DNA of 64,000 nucleotides from Escherichia coli (GTDB lineage Bacteria; Pseudomonadota; Gammaproteobacteria; Enterobacterales; Enterobacteriaceae): NCBI RefSeq assembly GCF_003991155.1, contig NZ_CP031294.1; one strand, 5' to 3'. Shown piece by piece: positions 8,453 to 17,349 of this stretch (position 1 is its first letter; each line of letters starts with the position of its first letter). The notes under the pieces were generated by a model. It saw only the letters and a program-made list of their open reading frames with translations, ran no database searches and was not told where the DNA came from. The position numbers and the translations under genes were made by a program.

Positions 8453-9043
8453 ATGTTTGATATTTATAATTTATTAAAGCAAATAGCAGAGAACACGAAA
8501 CCTGACCATTCTGCTATTTGGATTGCTGTAATATCTTCAATATCAGCTATTGCAGGCGCTGCTATTGGTGCATATTTGTTATATCGAGGCACAAACGAAC
8601 AAATTAATTCTGCTGCTGCTATTGAAGATAAAAAATTAAAAGCAACTATAATTACCGCAGAAAGACTTCGTTGGCTTCAAGAGCTAAGGTCAAGAAGTAG
8701 TGAGTTTTATGCGAATCTCGATATGAATTACAACTTATTAAAACGACCGATAAATCCGCAGGCAATCCCGACATATCAACAAGCTGGGGACGAACTGGCG
8801 AAAATTGTAATGATTCAATGCAATCAGATAATTGTATTGCTTAATCCTAAAAAAACTCATCAGCAAACTATTTTTAATAAATGTAATGATGCACTTAAAT
8901 TTTTCATGGAATGCGTCGAAGAAAAAAATAATGGTAATCTGAACTTTGATGATTCCAAGTATGCGGAAATAAAAAACGATTACTTTAATGCTTTAACTGA
9001 AATAGGTATTGAAACTTGGAAGCAGATAAAAGAGTTAAGTTGA
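8453..9043 (+). CDS. AT-rich single-TM protein of unknown function (moron)
   Basis: 196 aa. TM helix IWIAVISSISAIAGAAIGAYLLY, then a helical soluble domain. Plus strand, visibly AT-rich, own SD and terminator. Confidence 0.6.
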   Translation: MFDIYNLLKQIAENTKPDHSAIWIAVISSISAIAGAAIGAYLLYRGTNEQINSAAAIEDKKLKATIITAERLRWLQELRSRSSEFYANLDMNYNLLKRPINPQAIPTYQQAGDELAKIVMIQCNQIIVLLNPKKTHQQTIFNKCNDALKFFMECVEEKNNGNLNFDDSKYAEIKNDYFNALTEIGIETWKQIKELS

Positions 9044-9104
9044 TGTCTTATTGGCGGAAGATAATTAATAACTATCACTACACGGAATCTGCAATTAATA
9101 AATG

Positions 9105-9128
9105 AAACCCGCGATTGGCGGGTTTTTT
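9105..9128 (+). terminator. rho-independent terminator
   Basis: AAACCCGCgattgGCGGGTTTTTT. Confidence 0.75.
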
Positions 9129-9261
9129 ATTTATGCGACTTTCTTACCCAAGATGTTGGATAGAGTGACTCTGGTCTGGCGTTTCAGCCTGTACTATCTC
9201 ACATCGCCAATCTTGTTTACTTTCATAAACTCTTTGGCCTCCTTTATGGTGTTTTCTTTAT

Positions 9262-12200
9262 TCATTTGCTAATAGTCTCCGCTACCTCTGCCAGAATTGC
9301 TTCCAGCTTTTCGCCTTCCTCTGGGCGAAAGTACAAAATATTCGGGTTAAATCCGTAGAAAACAGTCACATCCAGCTCCGGCAGATACTCTTTGCGTCCA
9401 ACCAGGTCGGATGGTTTGATCTTGTTGTTGAAGAGCGACGTTGCCCGGCTGCCACACGTCAGCACATAGGTCGGACGCACCAGATTGATCTCTTCACGCA
9501 TAAAGTCGGTGAACTGGCCGATCTCGTCTTTGGTGTAGTCTTTTTCTTTGTCTTTAACCTTCTTGCAAACGCCTGTGACATAGAGATCGCCCATGCGTAA
9601 ATCTCCAGCCGTCAATAGCTTGGCCTTAAAATCGTCGTATCCGTTCTCCATAAAGTAACCGGTTCGAGCATCATTGCCGTTCGCATTGTCCAGAATGATC
9701 ATGATTTTCGGCTTAATACCAATGCTGGGGCGGATTAGTTCATCACCTAAGCCCATTTCAGCCGCCATCCGTGTCATGAGCACGTTAATCTCAGCCGAAC
9801 GTTTGGGGTTCATCTCAAACGGACGAGAGGCTTTAACTGCATCTATGACAAGGTTTCCCATCAATTCAGCCTGGTCGCGGAGGCGCTCTGGATCAGTTGC
9901 TGGCAGACTACCTGGCTCGATGGATGCAAACGCCCCTACTTTTTGCAGCGATTCGCGCACTCGACTATTACAGGCACGTTTCTCGACAGCTTCTTCGAAT
10001 TGCGCAAGTGACTCGAATTTGCCGCCAACCTTTTCTCGCGCTCTCATGATGGCCTGGCAGCCATTCTCAGAACACCCCTTCACAGCAGAGAAGGGCGCAT
10101 ACAGCACCTGGCTGCCATCTTCAAGCGTGCGGATCTCGATTCGGTTAGATGACACGTTAACGTCTGGTGGCAATACGCGAATACCATAGGTCAGCGCATC
10201 TTTAACCAGCCCCTGGTGTTTATCTTCGCCAAGAATAGTGAGAGCAGCAGCGAAAAACTCTGCGGGATAATGAGTTTTCAACCACATAGATTGATAACTG
10301 ATTAAGGAGTAAGCAACAGAGTGTGATTTGTTGAACTGGTAGGCACCATTCTTTTCGAATGCGGTCCAGATCTCCTTCGCTTTCATCTCTGATAGCCCTG
10401 GATGTGACGCTGTAACGCGTACTGCGTTTATAGGTAGTTTTGCACCGAACTCAAGTGCCTCTTCGACAGTTTTCAGAGTTCCGTCTTCGCATTTAAAATG
10501 TTCCGCACGGTGAATGCGCTGTGTAGTGCCATCTTCCAGCTCAACGTCGATCCAGCCAGCTTGAGCCTGAACGATGAACTTCTCACCCATGCTCTTCATT
10601 TTCTCCATGTCTTTTTTGCCGATCGCTTTACGAACGCCGTCAGCTTCAGCCATTGTGAAGCCGGCAAGCAATCGAGTCGCGTTCATCGTCTGTTCCTGAT
10701 AGAGAATCACGCCATTTGTTTCTGCGGTAAGTTCATCAAGAACGGGGTGTAATGATTCCGGCGTCATAAAGCCTTTGGCGACAGAAACATAATCATCCAA
10801 CATGCCTGACTGAATTGGCCCCGGCCGGAAGAGCGCAGTCGTAGCAACGACCGTTTTAAAGCTCATTGGCTCAATTCCACCACCTAAATCTTTAAGCAGC
10901 TTGCGCATTGGGCCTGATTCAAGCTGGAAAACACCTTGAGTGTACCCAGCAGCAAAACCATCCAGCACCTTGCGATCTTCAAGAGAAATGGCATCAAGAT
11001 TGATATCCTCACCTGTGTTCTCTTTAATGTAGCGTTTTGCACTATCGAGCAAATCGAGAGTCGCCAGGCCAAGTACGTCCAGCTTAATTAGGCCCATAGC
11101 CTCGCAGTAACGCTTGTCAAATGCGATACAACGCGCGTCACCACGTCGTTCAACCGGTGTTCGTTCTGTCAGAGGAACACCTGCTACGATCATCCCTGCC
11201 GCATGTCTACCATAGCCACGCATAAGGCTTTGTAACTTGCAGGCTGCATTGAATGCATCAGGATATTTTGTCGCGTATTTGTCGAGGCTTGCCAGTTGTT
11301 CGCGCAGCTCTTCCAATGGAAGGCTATCATCCTCGACGTTCTTCAGTTCTTTTGATACCGCCATATCTGCGGACTCCACACCATAAATACGAGCGGTGTC
11401 ACGTAGTGCAGAGGCCGCGCCCAGGTAGGTGAAGTTCGGAATGCCTGCAACGTAATCTTCGCCGTAGCGTTCATTCAGATACTCGATCACCTCATGGCGA
11501 CGTGCCTGGCTGAAGTCCAAGTCCGCATCTGGCAAGTCGAGACGCTCAGGGTTGATGAAACGTTCAAACAGAAGACCGTGACGGATAGGGTCGACGTTGG
11601 TTATGCCTATGCACCATGCCACCAAAGAGCCAGCGGAGGAACCACGACCAGGCCCGACAGGAATGCCAGTTTCACGGCTGTGATTCATCAGATCGCGTAC
11701 CATCAGGAAGTAACCACAAAATCCCAGGCGAGTAAGCGTGTCCATTTCGTACTTAAGTCGCTCAACATAAACCCTGTTCTCAGAAGCCGGTGGTGTGTAG
11801 CCAAACTCTTTTGTGGTAAGACGTTTACGCAGCCCAGCAACGGCCAGTTTCATCAGCGTTGCAGGCTCGTCGTCTGCCATCTTTGGCAGTGCTGGTGGCA
11901 ATTCATGCCAGCGCCATGTGCAGGCATCGATAATGGTATCCTGCGTTGTTGAGGCCATTGCGGCTGTTACCGGCACATCCATGCGAACGGAGAAGGCTTT
12001 CAGCGCCTCAAGGAGATGGCGGCGACCATTGACGGCGTTATCTCGCTGGTGGGGGATACGCAGACGATGCGGCTGGTCGATTTTGATGTTGTTCGTAACC
12101 ATGTGCGCAATGTCTTTAATGTCTGCATCGTCGATCGATTCGTAATAAGCGGGATAGAACGCTACTGGCTCTATTTTCAGTGCGCTGGCGACTTTCATCG

Positions 12201-12780
12201 CCCGGACGTTAATCTGGTCGTAGAATGGGGTAGGGTGCGGATAAACCACACTATAGAAGTTGTTTTTTCCACCCGCTGTAATCAGTGAGCTTATGATTTT
12301 TGCAAAATCGTTGCGTTGGTACACGCTACCGATGTCGGCAGTGAGCAGGATGATGTTGCCTTTGGCATATGTAGAAACCAACTGTTCGAGCGAGAGACGC
12401 GGTACAAAGTAGAACTGTTCTCGTGTGTTGGCCGCCGTCATTAGTTCGCAGATGTCTCGATATCCCTGCTCATTTTTAATTAGAGCGGTAAAGGAGTAGT
12501 TCCGCCCACGCTCTAATGATTCCATACATCCCATAGACTCTTTAGCAAGTTTAGCCCGGTGCTCGTATGTGGGATCATCAACAATGTTTAGTTTCACACC
12601 ACAAATAACCGCCATGTCGTCACCAGCGGCACGTTGTAGTGGAATAACACTCGCAATATTCATGCTATCTGCCGAAATTACAGCGGTGTAGCCAGCTTCT
12701 CTGGCAATCTTCACCGCGTTTTCTGCTTTTAGAGCCGACTCCCCAAGAGAGAAGTCAGTTCGAACCATCAGAGCCTTCAT
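9262..12780 (-). CDS. dnaE: DNA polymerase III alpha subunit (DnaE-type)
   Basis: 1172 aa. N-terminal PHP-like region, then polymerase core segments such as GRGSSAGSLVAWCIGIT, LDVLGL and FNKSHSVAYS. Confidence 0.93.
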   Translation of the reverse strand: MKALMVRTDFSLGESALKAENAVKIAREAGYTAVISADSMNIASVIPLQRAAGDDMAVICGVKLNIVDDPTYEHRAKLAKESMGCMESLERGRNYSFTALIKNEQGYRDICELMTAANTREQFYFVPRLSLEQLVSTYAKGNIILLTADIGSVYQRNDFAKIISSLITAGGKNNFYSVVYPHPTPFYDQINVRAMKVASALKIEPVAFYPAYYESIDDADIKDIAHMVTNNIKIDQPHRLRIPHQRDNAVNGRRHLLEALKAFSVRMDVPVTAAMASTTQDTIIDACTWRWHELPPALPKMADDEPATLMKLAVAGLRKRLTTKEFGYTPPASENRVYVERLKYEMDTLTRLGFCGYFLMVRDLMNHSRETGIPVGPGRGSSAGSLVAWCIGITNVDPIRHGLLFERFINPERLDLPDADLDFSQARRHEVIEYLNERYGEDYVAGIPNFTYLGAASALRDTARIYGVESADMAVSKELKNVEDDSLPLEELREQLASLDKYATKYPDAFNAACKLQSLMRGYGRHAAGMIVAGVPLTERTPVERRGDARCIAFDKRYCEAMGLIKLDVLGLATLDLLDSAKRYIKENTGEDINLDAISLEDRKVLDGFAAGYTQGVFQLESGPMRKLLKDLGGGIEPMSFKTVVATTALFRPGPIQSGMLDDYVSVAKGFMTPESLHPVLDELTAETNGVILYQEQTMNATRLLAGFTMAEADGVRKAIGKKDMEKMKSMGEKFIVQAQAGWIDVELEDGTTQRIHRAEHFKCEDGTLKTVEEALEFGAKLPINAVRVTASHPGLSEMKAKEIWTAFEKNGAYQFNKSHSVAYSLISYQSMWLKTHYPAEFFAAALTILGEDKHQGLVKDALTYGIRVLPPDVNVSSNRIEIRTLEDGSQVLYAPFSAVKGCSENGCQAIMRAREKVGGKFESLAQFEEAVEKRACNSRVRESLQKVGAFASIEPGSLPATDPERLRDQAELMGNLVIDAVKASRPFEMNPKRSAEINVLMTRMAAEMGLGDELIRPSIGIKPKIMIILDNANGNDARTGYFMENGYDDFKAKLLTAGDLRMGDLYVTGVCKKVKDKEKDYTKDEIGQFTDFMREEINLVRPTYVLTCGSRATSLFNNKIKPSDLVGRKEYLPELDVTVFYGFNPNILYFRPEEGEKLEAILAEVAETISK

Positions 12781-12958
12781 GTGTTTTTACCTTTCTGGTT
12801 TTTTTGATTTTGTCATTGGGGAAGCCTACGAACTTCCCATACATCGAAATCGCAACTTCTTTTGCTGATTGGTGACAATCGGGCTTGTCTGGACACACCA
12901 GACAAGCCTTGCCAGTTTCAGAAGCAGCGATAAGAGAGCCGAAACATCCTTTACGCAC
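12755..12958 (-). CDS. small Cys-rich protein (67 aa)
   Basis: CFGS...CLVCPDKPDC pattern. Overlaps the dnaE start by 26 nt. Lies directly after the AAA+ gene. Confidence 0.4.
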   Translation of the reverse strand: MRKGCFGSLIAASETGKACLVCPDKPDCHQSAKEVAISMYGKFVGFPNDKIKKTRKVKTHEGSDGSN

Positions 12959-12960
12959 GA

Positions 12961-14196
12961 TTAACCAAATATTTTTTGAACAACTTCACGTGCCGCTTGC
13001 GCAGAAGCTGAAGGGAGTTTGTTAATGAAAGAACGCTCAATACCTGTCACAAAGTCGCCTCGCATCATTCCAATCTTGGCCGACAACAAAAGTTCACGAG
13101 GGCCAATCGGCTGACTGATCAGGTGTTCTTCGTATCCATCGCGAACGATACCGGCAAACTTAACCATCTTTTCAGCGTATTCATCCACGATGCCAGCATT
13201 TATCAACATGTTGATCTCTGCCTCTTTGCTCATGTATTTCACATTCGAAACGATGCCAAAACGCGAAAAGTTAGCGGCGTTCTGGATGTTTGTACCCTGG
13301 TACAAGCCGGTTTCATCACCAGATCCGTTCGTGTTGCCAGTGCCAATGAAAGCAAACCGTTCATGCGGAGTAATGCGACGCCATTCTTGAGTCGCCTCTT
13401 TGATGACCAACGCTTCACCTTCCAGCACTGGCTGATACACGCCAAGAATCTGTGGAAACGCAAAGTCGTATTCATCCGCGAGGTAAACCCAGCCATGCTT
13501 CATTGCGAGCGCAAGCAAGCCAGGCTCGAAATACGTAGAGCCATCACGCGCCAGAATTTGTCCCGTAACATGAGCCTCTTCCATTGATGCTGTATGTTGG
13601 GCACGGATTAACGGACGATTGAGCAAAGCACATAGTTGTGTAGGCAATGAAGATTTGCCTGTTCCTGCATGACCCCACAAATAGCCTGGTATGCCAAGTT
13701 CAAGCATCATGAAAATGTCTTTGATCAGTTCGAAGTCGCCATATACGTATCCCTTCTTCACTTCTGGAACGAACTCTGGAAACGGCGTATTGACGTTGAC
13801 GCTAACCATGAGCGGCGTCCCACGTTTTGTTCCGAGTTCTTTCACCGTTACATTTAGCAGTTCGTGAGCTGCGACCAGATCTGTCTTGTACTCAACTGTG
13901 CCTGTATAGCCTGGGCTATTGGTCACGCCAGATGATTTGGCCATTTCGCTTATTTGCTCGGCACGTTTAGCTTGAATTGCATCAAGTGCCTTTTTCGATA
14001 GCGTTGGCTCATCTGGAAACTGCGTTGTGTACATTTTCAGTACGGTGTCAGGATCGGCATCTTTTACTGACTCAGGAATGCCCTCGCAATTACCATTGGC
14101 TACATGGGACTTAAAATAGTGAAATGATTTTCCGCACCACTTGCAAACAAGGTAATCAGAAGGATTTTTTTCATTTTGCAGTGCAGTAGTAGTCAT
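12961..14196 (-). CDS. cobS: MoxR-type AAA+ ATPase, usually annotated CobS-like, with an N-terminal Cys cluster
   Basis: Walker A GHAGTGKSS and Walker B YLADEYD. N-terminal C-x2-C ... H/C cluster (CKWCGKSFHYFKSH). Confidence 0.85.
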   Translation of the reverse strand: MTTTALQNEKNPSDYLVCKWCGKSFHYFKSHVANGNCEGIPESVKDADPDTVLKMYTTQFPDEPTLSKKALDAIQAKRAEQISEMAKSSGVTNSPGYTGTVEYKTDLVAAHELLNVTVKELGTKRGTPLMVSVNVNTPFPEFVPEVKKGYVYGDFELIKDIFMMLELGIPGYLWGHAGTGKSSLPTQLCALLNRPLIRAQHTASMEEAHVTGQILARDGSTYFEPGLLALAMKHGWVYLADEYDFAFPQILGVYQPVLEGEALVIKEATQEWRRITPHERFAFIGTGNTNGSGDETGLYQGTNIQNAANFSRFGIVSNVKYMSKEAEINMLINAGIVDEYAEKMVKFAGIVRDGYEEHLISQPIGPRELLLSAKIGMMRGDFVTGIERSFINKLPSASAQAAREVVQKIFG

Positions 14197-14291
14197 GCGT
14201 TTTTCCTTTGTTTTCTAATGAGCTTTCAACTTCTTATATAAATATACCATCAAATATCGTAAGTGATTACTTATCATTAAGGCTGTTCTAA

Positions 14292-16400
14292 TCACTTCAA
14301 AATGATACGAGATAGTTCAGTAACTACAGATGAACCAAGACTATCAACGCTCGTTACCAGGGCATGGTTTGCGTAAAATCTCTCCGGTGCGTCAGTCATG
14401 ATGCCAATTGCCATCAAATCAATGTCAGTCTGCGTTTCAATTTGCTTCGCAACCGAACGCAAATGAGCGTCAAAACCTCTCCCAACAGCCCACGGCGCGC
14501 CATCGCTTAGAACAAGCATGATCTTCTTGTCCTCCATGCGACCAGAAAATAACGATGCAAGGCTGGCTATGCTTTCACCATCCACGTTATTAAGAAGTGG
14601 GAATGTGTAGCCTACGCACCCCATACGTGAGCGAACTTCGCGAGAATTGGCCTTTTCATTCCAATTTTTGATGATAGGTAGCATTAAAGATTCAAAGCGA
14701 GAGAACTCATACTTGATTGCCTTAAGCTCTCCTGCTGCCATATGACTACCAAATGTAGTGAAGCCGGTGATAATGTTGGGAACATTTATTCGATCAAGGG
14801 CATCGGCGATGGTATATGCACTTGCAAGAGCCAATTGTATCGTTATACCACTCATTGAACCTGATAAATCAATCACTTGTTGAACACAGGCGTTAACGGC
14901 TTTAGATTCTTCTTTTTTACGAAACACGCGATCATCATTCATTGCTAATCTGTAGATACTAGAACCATGAATGCGCCCCCGACGCTGGCCCGGTATAAAC
15001 TGAACTCTGTTTCTGCTTGCTATTGCTCGCTCCAGGTCTTTTGCCAGCGTCGACGAAACACCTGACGAAAGATGCTTTTCAATATATTTGTCGAAGAGCT
15101 GGTTGCCTTCAGGAACGATGCGATAGCGGCTGATTGGATATCCTCCTAAATCAATATCGGAGAATGTTTTAATAAGCCGTTTGATATGGGCTTCTGCCTG
15201 ATCAATCGAGCCGATGAAGTCGTATGAGCGATTGTATGGCCTGTATTCGCTTTTCGAGCTTTCTGTTAACTCGCTTTTAATCGTTTCGGATAGAGCATCT
15301 TCTGTCATACCTCCGACTTCATCTTCTATGCTATCCAGCTCCTCTAAAGCCTCTTCCAGACTCATTTTTGACGGAGTTGGAATATCTGAAGAGCCGTCTT
15401 CTGTCGTTTTTCTTTTTTCGTGGTCAGCGGTTAATGATTCTGACGCCGCGTTATCAGAAGCATCAGAATCTGATACCTCTTTATCATTTTCTGTATCATC
15501 GAATATTGTTTCTGATGATTCAGAATTATCTGAATCATCACTGTCGTTATTATCATGTTTGTGCTTACTGTGTGGTTCTGATTTGATAGATTTGTGATTA
15601 TCTAACATTGAGGGTGTCTCATGATCTTCGTTATCTTCATTGTTTTCTCTAGAGGCATCCGTCTGGTCAGCGTCTGAAGGATCGGAAGTTTTTCCCGGAG
15701 CTGACTCCTTACCTTTGCTTTCACTTTCAGTGTCTTTGAGGATCTTAGCTATGGTCGCAGCCACCTTTACACAATCATCGGTGCAAGACATGTTACGCAC
15801 GGCCACATCGATACCATGTTCTTTTAATAATGAAATTGGTTTCTCAATGACAGGCCAATATTCATCCATGAAATCTACGAACGGTGCTTGGCCATCCCAG
15901 GCTCTTACAACCGGACAGAGAAAGAAGTTTAGAAAAAGCGCACGCTGATCTTTGCCACAATAAGCAATAGCCTCTGAAGCCTTTGGTTTAAAGACTTTTT
16001 CGATTATAAGGCGCTGAGTTGCCATCAGATTACGTCTTGTTCCGTTAAAGACCTGACCCATTTTTCGCTCGATGAACACGTCTTCTAAGGCATTCCATAG
16101 CGACCAGGAAGGAACGCGTCCTTTTTCTCTCATTTTGTTGGACACACGAATATCGGTAAACAAAATGTGAGCAACCTCATGATCGAGAAATCCGCGCACA
16201 GCATTCATCAATGCCGGTGTTGCGTTATCCGGGATTGATGGGATGTTTACGAGAATTGGCTCTCCATCATCGTTATAGCGTACATAAGCGTCGTCCCCTC
16301 GTTCTGCAACAGGGATGTTTTTACCTGAAAGGAGAGCGACTACTCGTTTTACACTGTCACGGAAGTCCTGAACCTCTTTGATGGAACGTTTTTTAGACAT
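14292..16400 (-). CDS. cobT: VWA-domain protein, usually annotated CobT-like, with an N-terminal HExxH motif and an acidic disordered linker
   Basis: MIDAS-like DLSGSMSG in the C-terminal domain. HEVAH near the N-terminus. About 170 aa of Asp/Ser/Glu low complexity (nt about 15218-15728). Confidence 0.8.
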   Translation of the reverse strand: MSKKRSIKEVQDFRDSVKRVVALLSGKNIPVAERGDDAYVRYNDDGEPILVNIPSIPDNATPALMNAVRGFLDHEVAHILFTDIRVSNKMREKGRVPSWSLWNALEDVFIERKMGQVFNGTRRNLMATQRLIIEKVFKPKASEAIAYCGKDQRALFLNFFLCPVVRAWDGQAPFVDFMDEYWPVIEKPISLLKEHGIDVAVRNMSCTDDCVKVAATIAKILKDTESESKGKESAPGKTSDPSDADQTDASRENNEDNEDHETPSMLDNHKSIKSEPHSKHKHDNNDSDDSDNSESSETIFDDTENDKEVSDSDASDNAASESLTADHEKRKTTEDGSSDIPTPSKMSLEEALEELDSIEDEVGGMTEDALSETIKSELTESSKSEYRPYNRSYDFIGSIDQAEAHIKRLIKTFSDIDLGGYPISRYRIVPEGNQLFDKYIEKHLSSGVSSTLAKDLERAIASRNRVQFIPGQRRGRIHGSSIYRLAMNDDRVFRKKEESKAVNACVQQVIDLSGSMSGITIQLALASAYTIADALDRINVPNIITGFTTFGSHMAAGELKAIKYEFSRFESLMLPIIKNWNEKANSREVRSRMGCVGYTFPLLNNVDGESIASLASLFSGRMEDKKIMLVLSDGAPWAVGRGFDAHLRSVAKQIETQTDIDLMAIGIMTDAPERFYANHALVTSVDSLGSSVVTELSRIILK

Positions 16401-16419
16401 GGCTAATCCTTTGTTATGA

Positions 16420-16435
16420 AAACAAATTATTTACT
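16420..16435. promoter_or_regulatory. family-B palindrome variant AAACAAATTATTTACT
   Basis: 20-35 nt upstream of the cobT-like ATG. The surrounding leader CTAGTAAATAATTTGTTTTCATAACAAAGGA parallels the dnaB leader CTAGAAAACAATTTGTTTAAAAAACAAAGGA. Confidence 0.45.
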
Positions 16436-16498
16436 AGTGTGTTTAATGTAGCACTGCGCGAACAGGGAACTAAGCCATTCGCGCAGGGAGAAGAGGGG

Positions 16499-16711
16499 TT
16501 AACAGATTCTGACGGCTAAAGACCCGGAGCCGGTATTGAGAAGCGTGAAGCGTTTGTTGTTAAGTTCGAATATAAAGCCAGTTGTGTCATTCACACCAAC
16601 CTGAATCTGCTCATTCGGTAGATCGGTGAGGATGTCAGCTACACACTCAACAGCTAATTTTTGTACGTGTCCGATCTCAAGAGCGATTAGGCTGGAAATA
16701 GTGGTGTTCAT
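16499..16711 (-). CDS. hypothetical protein (70 aa)
   Basis: ORF divergent from the XRE gene. No motif seen. Confidence 0.4.
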   Translation of the reverse strand: MNTTISSLIALEIGHVQKLAVECVADILTDLPNEQIQVGVNDTTGFIFELNNKRFTLLNTGSGSLAVRIC

Positions 16712-16888
16712 TCAATCAATCCATTCTAACTTATACTATGGTAAGGAATACTACTAAAATTTGTATCAATACTGAATACATTCATATCATATGCAAGTTA
16801 CTTTTCTTACCTATTTTGGGCTAATTTTTCTCCGTGCAATGGCCTTTAACCGGTCTTTTAAGTGCCTATCGAAAAAAATGATAATAGC

Positions 16889-16931
16889 TTTACAACCCTA
16901 ACCTTTGATGTAATATCGGTAAGCACTTACC
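16889..16931 (+). promoter_or_regulatory. sigma70 promoter TTTACA-16-TAATAT plus operator-like GGTAAG-CA-CTTACC at about +1
   Basis: -35 at 16889-16894, -10 at 16911-16916, inverted repeat at 16918-16931. Confidence 0.6.
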
Positions 16932-16962
16932 AGAGAGAATTGAACGCGCAAAGGTTGTAACC

Positions 16963-17349
16963 ATGTCTGATAACAAGATTGAATTTATAGAAAGTCGCTA
17001 CGCTGCTTTTATCGCAGGGTTGATTGAATCCTCACCTATGAGCCAGGCCCAGATAGCCAAAACAATTGGGTATAAAAACGCCAACAACCTTTCTTTAATT
17101 AAAAGCGGCAAAATTCCTTTGCCTATCGATAAGGTTCGTCCGCTGGCGCTGGCACTGGGCATTGAGCCAAGTCGTCTTATGATGATGGTGCTGGAAGAAC
17201 GCCAACCCGAACTCGCAGCATTTTTATACAAAGAAGGCACTGCTCCTCTTAACGAGGACGAAAAACAGGTTCTTGCTGCATATAACGAGCGATTCGGTAA
17301 AGAGAAAGGCGCATCACAAAAGGTTGTTGAGGCCATAAAGTCTCTATGA
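16963..17349 (+). CDS. XRE-family helix-turn-helix transcriptional regulator
   Basis: MSQAQIAKTIGYKNANNLSLIKSGK matches the HTH_3 pattern. 128 aa. Its 3' end overlaps the recombinase 3' end by 6 bp (convergent). Confidence 0.75.
   Translation: MSDNKIEFIESRYAAFIAGLIESSPMSQAQIAKTIGYKNANNLSLIKSGKIPLPIDKVRPLALALGIEPSRLMMMVLEERQPELAAFLYKEGTAPLNEDEKQVLAAYNERFGKEKGASQKVVEAIKSL

Noticed and set aside
12961-16400. Taking the CobS/CobT labels as evidence for cobalamin biosynthesis
   Set aside because: No other cob or cbi genes are present. The pair has the generic MoxR AAA+ / VWA-MIDAS architecture plus an HExxH motif. I keep the names only as the customary labels.
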